From Octopus vulgaris (taxonomy: Eukaryota), in the NCBI GenBank assembly GCA_951406725.2, contig OX597835.1, positions 41,912,001 to 41,976,000 on the forward strand: DNA of 64,000 bases, given 5' to 3'. This document shows, one piece after another, positions 26,252-37,973 of the stretch (positions within the stretch are counted from its first letter, which is position 1; each line of letters opens with the position of its first letter). The notes beneath the pieces were generated by a model. The model did no database searches and was not told the origin of the DNA. It worked only from the letters and a program-made list of their open reading frames with translations. The position numbers and the translations under genes were made by a program.

Positions 26252-28267
26252 TAAACACGCGAAACCTGCGAAACCTAAATCAGCCAAAACCAAACAACTA
26301 AAAATATCAAGTGATCAACACGAGTTGACAAACCATTAGCGAAAGGGGACAACAACAGGGGAGGTATTAAGGAACGAATACATCGATTGAATTCCAAAAC
26401 GACCCCTATTAATTTTCTGTGACCTTTAGCCTGACCTTTTGGGGGTTATTTTTGTTTTAAAACATTCCACATTTAACTGTAAACTAATTTATTCAGCGTG
26501 AAGTTGACATGGAGTCACAAGTATTGACCCCTTTTCCACCTCGATAAATAATATAAACTTCTCCTTTTTTTAATCGAACGACACAGGTGCTACTTGTGTG
26601 TTCTAAGTTTGTTTTAGTGAGAAAAAAAAATCTATTAAAAAACAAACGAACACGAATGTCACAAATTCTTGTCTATAAACGAACTTCCTTTCCGTTTACC
26701 TGCAATTCTAGTAATGAAACTATGTTTAAAAGTCTGTTTGAAGAGTATCTCCTGTTTTATTATCATTTTATTCGAGTATTTACCGAAGGAAGTTTTAAAA
26801 AACAAGGAGAAAACTTGATAAATACCGAGACGAAAGTTGTTTGCTCTGAATGAGATGAAGTTATCAGTTCGTTACATTAAACGAACAACATAAAACTTGT
26901 TTTGGGGAGAAAGAACTGGTTTTATTTTTTTCACAAAATACCAAGTTGGAATGTTTACACAACGATTTAATATATTTCTGTCATGTCATAGCTTACCTTA
27001 GTCACTCTGATGGTATTTCGGTGGTATTTTTTTTCTACATTAAAAGAATGAACAAAACGAAGTAGAAATAACAAAATAGAGAATAAAATATATATTAAAA
27101 AAAAAAAAAGAAATTAATTTTGGGGGGTTGAAATATTCAGTGTATATAAACACACACAAACACATGCATATGGATTCATGCTTACACACACACACACATA
27201 CACTTAACACATACCTCCCACATACACATATGCACATATATATACATAAGTATATATATATATATACATACATACGTCGTCATCATCATCATCATTATCA
27301 TGCAACAAAACTAGCATAAACTATAAATTCCCTGAGCAAGTTGCAAGTGTAACCCTTATCAGAGCTGGCATCTCAATGGAAGACAACCCCAAAATAATGA
27401 GAAAACAAGATACTAAAGCTTCACAATGAAAAACATACATAAATAAACAAACATAACAAATATATACACCCCCATCATCAGCTGTCTAACGAAGATCATT
27501 GTGGTTTCTTTGATTTTCTGTTAGTTACGACGATGAGGATTCATTTCTTTGATCAACTGAATTACCTACTCCTAAATTAATGTGTAAGTGGCTGAGTATT
27601 CCACAGACGTGTGTAACCTTAATGTAATACTCATATAGAATCAGTTTGACACAGTGTGTTTGACCAGGCTGGAGCTTTTGAGTATAGGCGCATTCCAGTG
27701 ACAAACTTCTGAACAGTTTCTGCCGCCCACTGAATTTCGGTCATAAGGTAAGGGTCAAATCAAGGGTGTAGGAAATAACATTTGCCCAATATACCACACA
27801 GTGGAACTGAACCCAGTGCCTTGTGGATACTAAGAAAAATTCTTAACCATTCAACTATTCTACATCTGTTTGTGTGTGTGTAAGACAAGATATATAAGAC
27901 CATAAATAGCAGATAAATAATGGTCATTACATATTCCTGCCACAAGAATCCTTGGAGTTCTTCGCTAATCTGTACAATATTGTTAGCTTGGTGTGCCAAC
28001 AGAGAGTTTATGAAGTATTTTGCCCAGATTGATAATTCCTCGCTAATAACTACACACACACACACACACACACAAGAAAAAAAGAAAATGGAGATTAGGT
28101 AGTTAATAATTGTTTATTATTAACAGCAAATCCCCCCAGAATACTAGGTATTGAACCAGTATTTCCTTGGATGAAACCATCTCTTCATGAGGTTTATCCA
28201 TCCCCTAAGTTAAATTTAAATATATATATATGTATACATACACACACATATATATATATACATATAT

Positions 28268-28410
28268 AGGGAGAGTTTATGAAAAAAACAAAAGACGAAG
28301 ACAGGTGGTGTACAAAACAAACAGATGTATTAGTATAACGCTCAGGAATAGAAAAAGTCTTTTACGTTTCGAGCCTATGCTCTTCTACGGAAAGGGACAC
28401 AGAAAAAAAT
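28268..28410 (-). mobile_element. Second copy of the Penelope-like terminal fragment seen at 7465-7620
   Basis: Near-identical sequence, again abutting (TA)n. Confidence 0.6.
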
Positions 28411-29971
28411 ATATATACATATATGTGTGTATGCATGTGCACATACCTATAAACCCGTACATTCACATTTGTAAATGCAATCTCAGGTATATTAAGTTCA
28501 GACCAGTTGTTACTTGGAGTTTCAATCCTCAGATGGAATGGCCAGGTACAACTAGCTGATGCAAAAATAAAAGGCCAACATGTTGCAGGCTTATGGTTGG
28601 CTTCATACTAAACATCTGTTAATTTTTTAGTGGATGGACACTGATCTATGCCTAGCAGCTTTGTCCATTTTGAGAGGATATGACTTATTTCCATGATGAC
28701 ATTTAGAGATTAACTCAGTTTTTATATTTAGAATGTCTGTGGTGTGAGGTGAAATTTGAAATTTCTCTTCACTGCAATAGTTGCAGAAGGGTTTTACATC
28801 AATATATGAAGATGGATAAATAAGGAAATTTTAAAATTAGCATCTTCCTCATTTAGTTGCCATGTAGCACATTGTTGTACTTGAGAAGACTTGTCCACCA
28901 TAACAGAATAGAGATCCTAAAACCATGGTACCATGTAAAAAGCATTGGTGTGGGTGTTGGTGCCATTTAAAAAGCACCCATTACACACTGTGGAGTGGTT
29001 GGCATTAGGAAGGGCATGTAGCTGTAGAAACCAAACCAAAACAGATGATGAAACCTGGTGTGACACCTGACCTTGCCATTTCCTGTGAAGTGTCCAACTC
29101 CTGCCAGCATGGAAAACAAACATTAAATGTCGATAACGATGATAACGATGATGATGATGATGACATAGCTTGATATAGATTTAGCATTCCTGTTACTTGA
29201 GTATTTAAAAGTAGATTTATGATTTAAATAACTACTCTTACAAGTTCCCTCACACAGACCTATACATAATTTGGTGCATATCAGATCTTGTTGGGCAGAA
29301 TGCACATCAATTTGGTGTACTATCAATTCTTTAACACAGCATTAAAAATCAATATATTATTGGCTTCAAATTTTGGTACAAGGCCAGCAGTTTTGAGGGA
29401 AGTGGTAAATCGATAACATCGACCCCAGTGTTCCATTGGTACTTAATTTATCAACCCCAAAAAGATGAAAGGCAAATCAACCTCAGTAGAATTGGAACTC
29501 AGTTCGTAAAAACTAATGAAATGCTGCTAAACAGTTTCCCTGGCATGCTAACGATTCTGCCAGTTCCCCGCCTTTGTAATCCAATATATTATTACTTCAG
29601 TATAATAGCCATAGCAAGACAGAATGTTCTCATCACAGCCAATTAAGCTGATTAATTATGTACAAATATAAACAATAGAAACAATAAGGTAGAAACAGAA
29701 ATAAAATTAAAACAGATTAAAAAAAAATTTTAATAGATATAGAAATAAAGTAAAAATAGCTTCTAATTTTTACCAGCTGCAACTGACAACTAACTGAAAG
29801 GTTCTTGAAGAACTTGCACAAATATTTCAAAAACCAAGCCCATAAATTATTTCCAAATACAGCCTAATTTGATGAGGTCTTTCTGAGCTTTGTTAATTTA
29901 TGCTTGTTCTACAAACCAAATGTATCTCTAAACTTTATATTATATTCCAACCACTCTAGGAATATTACCAG

Positions 29972-30345
29972 ATTGTGTGGTAAGTAGCTTGCTTACAAAC
30001 CACATGGTTCCGGGTTCAATCCCACTGTGTGGCACCTTGGGCAAGTGCCTTCTACTATAGCCTCGGGCCGACCAAAGCCTTATGAGTGGATTTGGTAGAC
30101 GGAAACTGAATGAAGCCCGTCATATATATGCATATATATATGTTTGTGTGTCTGTGTTTGTTCCCCCAACATCGCTTGACAACCGATGCTGGCATGTTTA
30201 CGTCCCCGTAACTTAGTGGTTTGGCAAAAGCGACTGATAGAATAAGTACTAGGCTTACAAAGAATAAGTGCTGGGGTCGATTTCCTCGATTAAAGGTGGT
30301 GCTTCAGCATGGCCACAGTCAAATGACTGAAACAAGTAAAAGAGA
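29972..30345 (+). mobile_element. Family-B SINE
   Basis: Matches 24393-24800. Confidence 0.87.
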
Positions 30346-30479
30346 TATCATGTACATGTCATATTTTATAAGCTATCATACCAAACTACCAATAGATAAA
30401 TATTCACAGAGACAGCAATTCACTACAATGATGCACCAGCTAGAAACAGGTATGGCAACAAAAATCTCTTAATTAGATC

Positions 30480-31100
30480 CTAGCTCCAGGTCACAAACAA
30501 AAATATTAACACCTCTGTACAGTATTAGTGTAGCTATACCTTTTATCAAAAACTTTACATAACTTAGAAAGCTTTCCGCCATGACATAACTACAATAACA
30601 TTTTTTTTGAATACCATTAAAATTTCATACTCTAGTACTCGTAAATTTGACCAGAATTTCACAGCATCCAACCTCCATAAAACCAGTGATAGAAATAATC
30701 ACACTTCTATTGACTCTACAACTGCATCGCCATCAAAAACTCTGCCCTCGACTTGATTATTAGCGATAACAAATGCACAGTCAACACTAATATCTCTTGT
30801 GAAGCCTACATAAAAATGACTTTCAGGAATTTCATAAATAAGTACAAGTCACACACTTACTCACTCAGACACACCAATAAGTTGAACTGCATCTCACCTG
30901 CTAGGACCATCTTTGATCTACAAAACATATTCAAAGCATTACAACAACAAATTCAAAATCTTTTCCTGAGCAAGATCTTACACTGGAAACCAGAAATGGT
31001 ATTATCTTTGCTGAATAATCCTATTCACCAAAGACGACCTCTTTAACAGATTAACAAAAACATCATCTTATTGCATCCATAAAACATAAACACTTCAGAT
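30480..31100 (+). pseudogene. Heavily decayed Penelope-like element (RT-EN linker and GIY-YIG endonuclease region)
   Basis: Residual motifs NTIKISYSST and KCTVNT...AYIKMT..NF...YKSHTYSLRH resemble the PLE linker and YIG region. Many indels. Confidence 0.55.
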
Positions 31101-31124
31101 CTTTTCAATGTCTCCAGTTCTTCT

Positions 31125-31528
31125 TTACTCTTTTACTTGTTTCAGTCATTTGACTGCGGTCATGCTGGAGCAACGCCTTTAGTCGAGCAAATCGACCCCA
31201 GGACTTATTCTTTGTAAGCCTAGTACTTATTCTATTGGTCTCGTTTGCCGAACTGCTAAGTCACGGGGACGTAAACACACCAGCATCAGTTGTCAAGCGA
31301 TATTGGGGGAACAAACACAGACATACAAACATATACACACATACATATATATATATATATACATATATACAATGGGCTTCTTCCAGTTTCCGTCTACCAA
31401 ATCCACTCACAAGGGTTTGGTCAGCCCAAGGCTATAGTAGAAGACACTTGCCCAAGGTGCCACGCAGTGGGACTGAACCCGGAACCATTTGGTTGGTAAG
31501 CAAGCTACTTACCACACAGCCACTCCTG
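31125..31528 (-). mobile_element. Family-B SINE
   Basis: Reverse complement of 24393-24800. Confidence 0.88.
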
Positions 31529-31963
31529 GTAACTCTTTCACAATTATAACCATAACTGTTAAACTATTTGCACCTAAAACCATTTCTTTAAACTTTCTTA
31601 CATTTATATATTTATTTTATCAACAATTTTATAAGTTATTCATTTACTGAACGCCAATCTATTCACCTATTGTGTATGCTTGTTATCCATTCACCCCATT
31701 TATGCAATTGGTTCATTTATCCATTCACTTGTCATGCATCCACACACTTATTGTGTGTATATAATATCTGCCCTTGGTTACCCACTTTTCACTTATTTGT
31801 ACCAGCAATGTGAGAGTGAAAATTTGATTACATAAATGTAACATTTATGTACTTAAATGTATGACTTGTAAGGAAATATGAAGATGTATGTATCACATAT
31901 ATGTTATGTGTGTGGATATATATACGTATATGTGTGTGTGTGTGTTAGTTAAAATATTTACAT

Positions 31964-32008
<45 letters not shown>

Positions 32009-32113
32009 TAAAAACGGTAAGATAACAAAAGAAAAAGACCTCAATATTATGTAAATAGAGGAAACTCAGAGTTTTATCTTGGCTATTGAATAATTGTCAC
32101 ATATTAATTTACA

Positions 32114-32171
<58 letters not shown>

Positions 32172-32799
32172 TATATATATATATATGCATACATAAATAT
32201 GTATTTATATACATATGTGGCTGTGTGGTAAGAAGCTTGCTTCCTAACCACATGGTTCCAGGTTCAGTCCCACTGCATGGCATCTTAGGCAAGTATCTTC
32301 TACTACAGTGAATTTAGTAGACAGAAACTGAAAGACATCCATCATCTCTATTATTATCACCATCATCATCATCACTTAATGTCCAGCTTCCATGCTACTA
32401 TAGGTTGGACAGTTTGACAGGATCCACCCAGGTAGAAGACTACCCTAGGCTACTGTGTCTGTTTTGGCATGGTTTTTACAGCTGGATGCCCCTCCTGACA
32501 CGAACCACCCCATAGAGTGGACTGAGTGATTTTTACATGGCACCAGCACAGGTGTGGTGAGTTTTGGCATGGTTTTTACACCTGGATGCCCTTCCAAAGG
32601 CCAACCACTTCATAGTGTGGCCTGGCCGCTTTTTACATGGCACCAGTACTGGTAGGGTCACCAAGTAACTTGCAAGACAAGGAATTTTGAGAGAGGCAGG
32701 GGACACTGGAGAAGGTAATCTTGTGTCATGATGAAAGGTTAGAGTGTGAGAGAGAGACAGAGGCAGAAACAAATGTCTTGCTACAGATGAGGTACATAC

Positions 32800-33187
32800 T
32801 CTTTTACTCTTTTACTTGTTTCAATCATTTGACTGCGGCCATGCTGGAGCACCACCTTTAGTCGAGGATATCGACCCCAGGACTTATTCTTTGTAAGTCT
32901 AGTACTTATTCTATCAGTCTCTTTTGCCGAACCACTAAGTTGCAGGGACATAAACACATCAGCATCAGTTGTCAAGCGATGTTGAGGGGACAAACACATA
33001 CACACAAATACATATACATATATACGACAGGCTTCTCTCAGTTTCCATCTACCAAATCCACTCACAAGGCTTTAATCGGCCTGAGGCTATAGTAGAAGAC
33101 ACTTGCCCAAGGTGCTACGCAGTAGGAATGAACCCTGAACCATGTGGCTGGTAAGCAAGCCACTTACCACACAGCCACTCCTGTGCC
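32800..33187 (-). mobile_element. Family-B SINE
   Basis: Reverse complement of 24393-24800. Confidence 0.87.
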
Positions 33188-34299
33188 TGCATGTATGTGT
33201 GTTTGTGTGTTTGTGTGTGTTTGTCTCCCACCACTGTTTGACAACTGGTGTCAGTGTGTTTACATCCCTGTTATTTGGCGGTTCAGCGAAAGAGACTAAC
33301 AGAGGAAGTACCAAGCTTTAAAAAGATGTTTAAGTAAAACAAAAAGGGTCAAAGGTCCTTGCTGAGCCTTAGGCTCATAAGACTGATTTTCCAGATTCTG
33401 TGATGTATGTATTCCCATCCTCACCAACAGGATGCTGGTCTGTCACATGACCACTCATTTTTGCCAGCCGAGTGGTCTGGAGTAATGTGAAATGTAGTGT
33501 TTTGCTCCAGAATACAACACACTGTCCATTCAAGGAATTGAAACCATAACCTTGCAATCAAGATTTCAACATCCTAACCGTTGAACCATTGACTGGTCTG
33601 TCACAGGATTGCTTATTTTTGATAGCTGAATGGACTGGAGCGACATGAGATTGAAGTGTTTTGCTCAAGAGCACAATATATTGCCCTGACCCTAGACTCA
33701 AAACCAGAGTTTTATGACCACAAGTACAACACTCTAACCACCAAACCATACACCTCTATACACACACACACGCATACATGGAGATATACACACATTCATG
33801 CATGTCTGTGTGTGTACGCATGTGTGTGGCCAACACAGCTATATGGATACATTCCCTGGCACCCATGACATAAATTGCTGTCCCTCAGGAATCTCTCATC
33901 AATCCATCAACCTTTTAAGTTTTATTATCACAATCTTCTATTTTTCTACTCCCCACCCCCGCTACCTCTCCATCCCACTCCCAATATCGACACCCTTTTC
34001 ACTGTCTTTTATCTTACCTCCCTTTATCTTTTTATTTACCCCCTCTACCTCTCTACTTTTTTATCTTTATTTGCATTTCCGTTATTTATATTTACTTTTA
34101 TGTTTATTTTTTATATTTAATCTTAAAGCCTTTATTGTTATTTCCATTTTATGTTTTAAATTTAAGTTTCTTTTTATCTATTCTTTATCATCTCCACCTA
34201 CACAATATCAGTTACCTTATTTTTTTATTCCAGTGAATTGTTATAGCTTTTATCCTGTATTGTCAATGTACATGTGTGCACAAGTGTGTGTATATATAT

Positions 34300-34341
34300 A
34301 CTAGCATTAAAGACCCGTCGTTGCCGGGTCATAGTGCTAGT
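34300..34341. mobile_element. Helitron-type 3' terminus (hairpin + CTAG), present symmetrically on both strands
   Basis: actagca-ttaaa-gacccg-tcgttgc-cgggtc-atag-tgctagt, adjacent to (TA)n. Confidence 0.65.
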
Positions 34342-34469
34342 GCATGTGTATATGTGTATATATATGTGTACATATTACATGTACATCTATATATATACAT
34401 CTACACATAAAATACAAAATACAAAGTTATATCTTGATATCGCTAGTGATAACAATACTCAAAATATAT

Positions 34470-34768
34470 AACAGACTGGAATTGTTAGCCCATCTCTTGT
34501 AATTTCGATCAATTGTATCTTGTCCTCCCTCTTGTATAGAAGTGTGGCTACAATCCAGCCTACTGCTACTTCTGGGGGGGATGCATTTTTTTTTTTCCGG
34601 GATGAAGGTAAAAATAAAATATTTCCACTTTGCAAGTTCGAGTCGAGTACTCCCTTGCACACTCCGTTGACTCGAACCTTGCTTCTATTGTGGCAAATTT
34701 ACCGCCTCTGATTAGATACCTTTCATAGTTGCACCAATACACTTTTCGAAGGTGCTTTCCTTCATGTG
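34470..34768 (-). pseudogene. Decayed ORF1 homolog, downstream part (target of the array insertion)
   Basis: Minus-strand pieces HMKESTFEKCIGATMK / YLIRGGKFATIEARFESTECAREYST / PPEVAVGWIVATLL align in order with the array protein VEIAEIEKCLGDIMD / YVSRGKKFGTVEVRCATEEIAASLAT / PPEVKTEWLATAIL. Confidence 0.8.
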
Positions 34769-35079
34769 ATTTTATTACTACCCACAAGGGGCGAACATAG
34801 ATGGGACAATACAATCGGGGAACTTAAAATAAGAAAGCGAATGACAAGAAAAGGAAAAAATAAAAGTAAAAAATGACATATGAAGGAATATTTACAATGA
34901 GATGTAAATGCCCACTCGATCCCCGGAATCGAGAGGTTACATTTTCGTCACATATATTTCACAAAATTTTCTTTTTTCTCTTCTTTCTTCTCTTTCTTCT
35001 CACAATTCTATACATATTCTATAATAGTTTTCACTTCTCTAAAGTCCATCACTGAGCCCTCAGGCGGCCGCTATCTCAC

Positions 35080-36413
35080 TCAAACCTTCGTGTAAAATGT
35101 TACACTCTCACCGGCAGCTCTGAGGAACTCAGCGACTCTTTCTTCGGGGATTAGAGCAGTCTCCTGCCACTGATCGGTCATCCTGTTGACCCACACATGT
35201 CCCTCCGTATTACTTGTCAAATCCTTCATTTCAGGGCAGAAATGGAAGGTTACTAACTTGTAGAAGCAGTAATCTTGTTTCCGTCCTACGTTTTCCTTCA
35301 TTTTTCTTTTCGGGCTTATTTCTTCCTTGTTCTCCTCTCTTTGTTTCTCTCTTTCTCTCTTTTTGCCTTCTTTTCTTTCTCCTTCCTTCTCTTGTCTTTT
35401 TGGTTCTTTGTCTGTTCTCTCTTTCTCTCGTGTTTTATGTTCCTTTTCTTTTTCCTTTTGTGTGCCGTCTTTTCTTTTCGTTTGATTCTGATCTCTCTCT
35501 TGTTTTTTTCCTGTTGTTTCTTTTTCCTTTTTTTTTTCCTGACTCTGTTTTGGTTCTATTTCTTTCTTTTCTTTTATTTCTTTTTCCTTCATTGACTTAT
35601 TATTTCCTTTCTCTTGTTGTTTTGTTTCCTTTTCTATGTTTTCTTTTTCATTTACCGTATTCTTCTTTTCTTCGAGTTCCTGCTCGCACTCCGCTACGAA
35701 TTCGTATAACGGGCACTCTTTTTTAATGTGCCCCCTTGTCCCGCACAAGTAGCAGTTTGGCTTTCTTCCCTCTACAATTACACTGAGGGTTTTCTCATCT
35801 TCAATTTCTATTCTGTAGGGGAACCTTTCAATGTCCTCTTTTGTGGCCATCAAACACAGTTCTACCCCATATCCTCTCCAGTTTATCGCGTTGGACTCCT
35901 TAAAGGATTCCACCTCCACTTCCTCTTCTGCTGCTCCTAGAATAGCTGTTGCCAGCCATTCTGTTTTTACTTCTGGGGGTATATTCGGGATTTTAACCCG
36001 GACCCCTCTTCTTCCCTTGTATGAGGGCCACATTATAAATGTTTCCGCTCTTAGTACAGTGGTAGCCAGTGAGGCTGCAATTTCTTCCGTTGCACATCTC
36101 ACCTCCACCGTACCAAATTTCTTGCCTCTACTCACGTAGGTCGATTTCCCCATTATGTCTCCCAGACATTTTTCGATTTCTGCTATCTCCACTCTTGCCA
36201 GTTTCTTTGTATTTTTGTCTTGGGTTCTATATGTTACAGTCTTGTTTTCTTTGTCCTCTTTTGCTTTCGCGGGGGGATTAGCTTCACGCTATCACCCTCC
36301 CTTTTGAATAGCTTTTCATATTCTTTGAGTTTACTCTTCTCAAAGAAAACATCCTTCACGATTATCGACGAATCATTATTTTTCTTTCCCGTGACCCCCG
36401 CGTAAGTCGCCAT
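35080..36413 (-). pseudogene. Unit 1 ORF1/Gag-like zinc-knuckle protein, diverged variant with premature stop
   Basis: ATG at 36413, frame change near 36271-36276, CYLCGTRGHIKKEC knuckle. TGA at 35080-35082 replaces the CGA of other copies, and a second stop (TAG) follows. Confidence 0.75.
36234..36413 (-). CDS. 59-aa N-terminal ORF (MATYAGVTGK...KLIPPRKQKRTKKTRL*) of unit 1, not in the supplied ORF track
   Basis: ATG in a good context (gtcATGG). Open in all 8 units (also 38015-38194, 39795-39974, 41576-41755, 43355-43534, 45134-45313, 46911-47090, 48691-48870). Overlaps the main ORF in the -1 frame. Confidence 0.65.
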   Translation of the reverse strand: MATYAGVTGKKNNDSSIIVKDVFFEKSKLKEYEKLFKREGDSVKLIPPRKQKRTKKTRL

Positions 36414-36794
36414 GACTAGAGGGTCAATTCACCTTCTTCGGAAGGTTTCCACACGTGGAGGCAAACGCCTCGCGCGATAATAATCACTTTACACAACAAA
36501 ATTTCAACGTCTAATCACAGATAACAACACGCAAATTGATTTCCGACGTGTGATTTTATTACTACCCACAAGGGGCGAACATAGAGGGGACAATACAATC
36601 GGGGAACTTAAAATAAGAAAGCGAAATGACAAGAAGGGAAAAAATAAAAATAAAAATGACAAATGAAAGAATATTTACAATGAGATGCAAATGCCCACTC
36701 GATCCCCGGAATCGAGAGGTTACATTTTCGTCACATATAGTTCACAATTTTTTTTTTCTTTTTTCTCTTCTTTCTTCTCTCTCCTCTCACAATC

Positions 36795-37973
36795 TCACAC
36801 GTATTCCATAATACTTTTCAAGTCTCTAAAGTCAATCACTGAGCCCTCAGGCAGCCGCTCTTTCACTCGAACACCCGTGTAAAAAATTACACTCTCTCCA
36901 GCTGCTCTGAGGAACTCAGCGACTCTTTCTTCGGGGATCAGAGCAGTCTCCTGCCACTGATCAGTCATCCTGTTGACCCACACATGTCCCTCCATACTAC
37001 ATGTCAATTCCTTCATTTCGGGGCTGAAATGGAAGGTTATTAACTTGTAGTAATCTTGTTTCCGTCCTACGTTTTCTCTCGTTTTTCTTTTCGGGCTTAC
37101 TTCTTCCTTGTTCTCCTCTCTTTGTTTCTCTCTTTCTCTCTTTTTGCCTTCTTTTCTTTCTTCTTCCTTCTCTTGTCTTTTTGGTTCTTTGTCTGTTCTC
37201 TCTTTCTCTCGTGTTTTATGTTCCTTTTCTTTTTCCTTTTGTGTGCCGTCTTTTCTTTTCGTTTGGTTCTGTTCTCTCTCTTGTTTTTTTCCTGTTGTTT
37301 CTTTTTCCTTTTTCTTTTCCTGACTCTGTTTTGGTTCTATTTCTTTCTTTTCTTTTATTTCTTTTTCCTTCGTTGACTTATTATTTCCTTTCTCTTGTTG
37401 TTTTGTCTCCTTTTCTATGTTTTCTCTTTCATTTACCGTATTCTTCTTTTCTTCAATTTCCTTCTCATACTCCGCCACGAATTCATATAACGGGCACTCT
37501 TTTTTAATGTGCCCCCTTGTCCCGCACAAGTAGCAGTTTGGCTTTCTTCCCTCTACAATTACACTGAGGGTTTTCTCGTCTTCGATTTCTATTCTATAGG
37601 GGAACCTTTCAATGTCCTCTTTTGTGGCCATCAAACACAGTTCTACCCCATATCCTCTCCAATTTACTGCGTTGGACTCCTTAAAGGATTCCACCTCCAC
37701 TTCCTCTTCTGCTGCTCCTAGAATAGCTGTTGCCAGCCATTCTGTTTTTACTTCTGGGGGTATATTCGGGATTTTAACCCGGACCCCTCTTCTTCCCTTG
37801 TATGAGGGCCACATTATAAATGTTTCCGCTCTTAGAACAGTGGTAGCCAGTGAGGCTGCAATTTCTTCCGTTGCACATCTCACCTCCACCGTACCAAATT
37901 TTTTTCCTCTACTCACGTAGGTCGATTTATCCATTATGTCTCCCAGACATTTTTCGATCTCTGCTATCTCCAC
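36795..37973 (-). CDS. Unit 2 LINE ORF1/Gag-like nucleic-acid-binding protein (CCHC zinc knuckle, K/E-rich linker, short C-terminal domain)
   Basis: 392-codon ORF from a GTG with CX2CX4HX4C. The frame stays open 32 codons upstream of the GTG. About 466 aa if fused to the ATG at 38194. Confidence 0.85.
   Translation of the reverse strand: MEIAEIEKCLGDIMDKSTYVSRGKKFGTVEVRCATEEIAASLATTVLRAETFIMWPSYKGRRGVRVKIPNIPPEVKTEWLATAILGAAEEEVEVESFKESNAVNWRGYGVELCLMATKEDIERFPYRIEIEDEKTLSVIVEGRKPNCYLCGTRGHIKKECPLYEFVAEYEKEIEEKKNTVNERENIEKETKQQEKGNNKSTKEKEIKEKKEIEPKQSQEKKKEKETTGKKQEREQNQTKRKDGTQKEKEKEHKTREKERTDKEPKRQEKEEERKEGKKREREKQREENKEEVSPKRKTRENVGRKQDYYKLITFHFSPEMKELTCSMEGHVWVNRMTDQWQETALIPEERVAEFLRAAGESVIFYTGVRVKERLPEGSVIDFRDLKSIMEYV

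Noticed and set aside
36414-36552. Self-cleaving ribozyme at the unit 5' end
   Set aside because: No CUGANGA/GAAA hammerhead core or convincing HDV-type nested pseudoknot could be fitted by eye. It is reported only as hairpins.
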